Source: an uncultured Gammaproteobacteria bacterium (GTDB taxonomy: Bacteria > Patescibacteriota > Microgenomatia > Daviesbacterales > UBA10151). Taken from it: DNA of 5,526 nucleotides. Where the stretch lies: NCBI GenBank assembly GCA_964522265.1, contig CAZFVS010000028.1, forward strand, positions 6,220-11,745, read 5' to 3'. Shown here in pieces: positions 5,281 through 5,526 of this stretch. Made by a program: the position numbers and the translations under genes. The stretch's first letter is position 1. Every line of letters starts with the position of its first letter. A model generated the notes under the pieces. It made no database searches, had not been told where the DNA came from, and saw only the letters and a list, made by a program, of their open reading frames with translations.

Positions 5281-5526
5281 TTATTTCAATCCAATCCCAA
5301 CCTCATAAAGATATTTATCTGTGTTTTTGGAAAGATCGGGTGGACCGCCTTTAACTGCCAGCTTAGCCAATCTAAGCAATGCACTACCTGCATTTCCCTG
5401 CTTTTTTTCCATGCCCTCCTGCAGCACTTCACGGATAACTTGCGCTTTAGGCTTTTTTTCCCTGTTCGCAACAAGTTCAATTTGATGATAGATTGCCTGA
5501 GTGAGATAAACCTGTGTCCTGATCAT
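5281..5526 (-). CDS. Ribbon-helix-helix (CopG/Arc-MetJ superfamily) DNA-binding protein, VapB-type antitoxin-like (81 aa)
   Basis: ORF track. The ATG is the last three bases of the window, so an upstream extension cannot be excluded. The N-terminus MIRTQVYLTQAIYHQIELVANREKKPKAQVIREVLQEG shows the RHH pattern: a short beta strand (RTQVYL), helix 1, a turn at KKPK, then helix 2. The C-terminal part, GSALLRLAKLAVKGGPPDLSKNTDKYLYE, resembles the toxin-binding tails of RHH antitoxins. Confidence 0.7.
   Translation of the reverse strand: MIRTQVYLTQAIYHQIELVANREKKPKAQVIREVLQEGMEKKQGNAGSALLRLAKLAVKGGPPDLSKNTDKYLYEVGIGLK

Noticed and set aside
5286-5480. A 64-aa ORF on the same strand as the RHH gene but in another frame.
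   Set aside because: It is fully nested in the RHH ORF, which has a recognisable fold signature. The nested product (Lys/Arg/Cys/Trp-rich) has no features of its own.
1-5526. tRNA/rRNA/ncRNA genes, CRISPR repeats, IS inverted repeats or transposase/integrase genes, and alternative genetic code (TGA recoding).
   Set aside because: Intergenic space totals under 200 bp and contains no cloverleaf-like or repeat-spacer structure. No ORF resembles a transposase or integrase. All six genes are intact under the standard code, with TGA used once as a stop (516-518).

Overview
I find six protein-coding genes and no RNA genes, CRISPR arrays or recognisable mobile elements. All functional calls come from reading motifs and architecture by eye; no search has been run.

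Plus strand (1-2995): a tightly packed operon fragment that looks like the envelope part of a type IV secretion / conjugative-pilus-like apparatus, of the kind I associate with Patescibacteria (CPR). It holds:
- two tandem VirB2/TrbC-like two-helix pilin paralogs (2-175, partial; 216-518)
- an ATGA-coupled secreted Cys/Pro-rich protein of unknown function (515-1243)
- a 566-aa polytopic membrane protein with a signal peptide and a Gly/Gln/Pro tail, which I read as VirB6/TrbL-like (1295-2995)
No VirB4/VirD4-type ATPase lies in the window.

Minus strand (3002-5526): a ribbon-helix-helix (CopG/VapB antitoxin-like) gene (5281-5526) that starts at the window edge. An 89-bp spacer follows, carrying near-consensus sigma70-type promoter elements and an AAGGAG RBS. 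Next comes a 729-aa, highly charged, apparently cytoplasmic protein with no domain I can recognise (3002-5191).

The two blocks converge with only 6 bp between their stop codons and differ visibly in base composition. The best candidate for something undescribed is the RHH + 729-aa orphan pair. The secreted Cys/Pro-rich protein inside the pilin/VirB6 operon is second.
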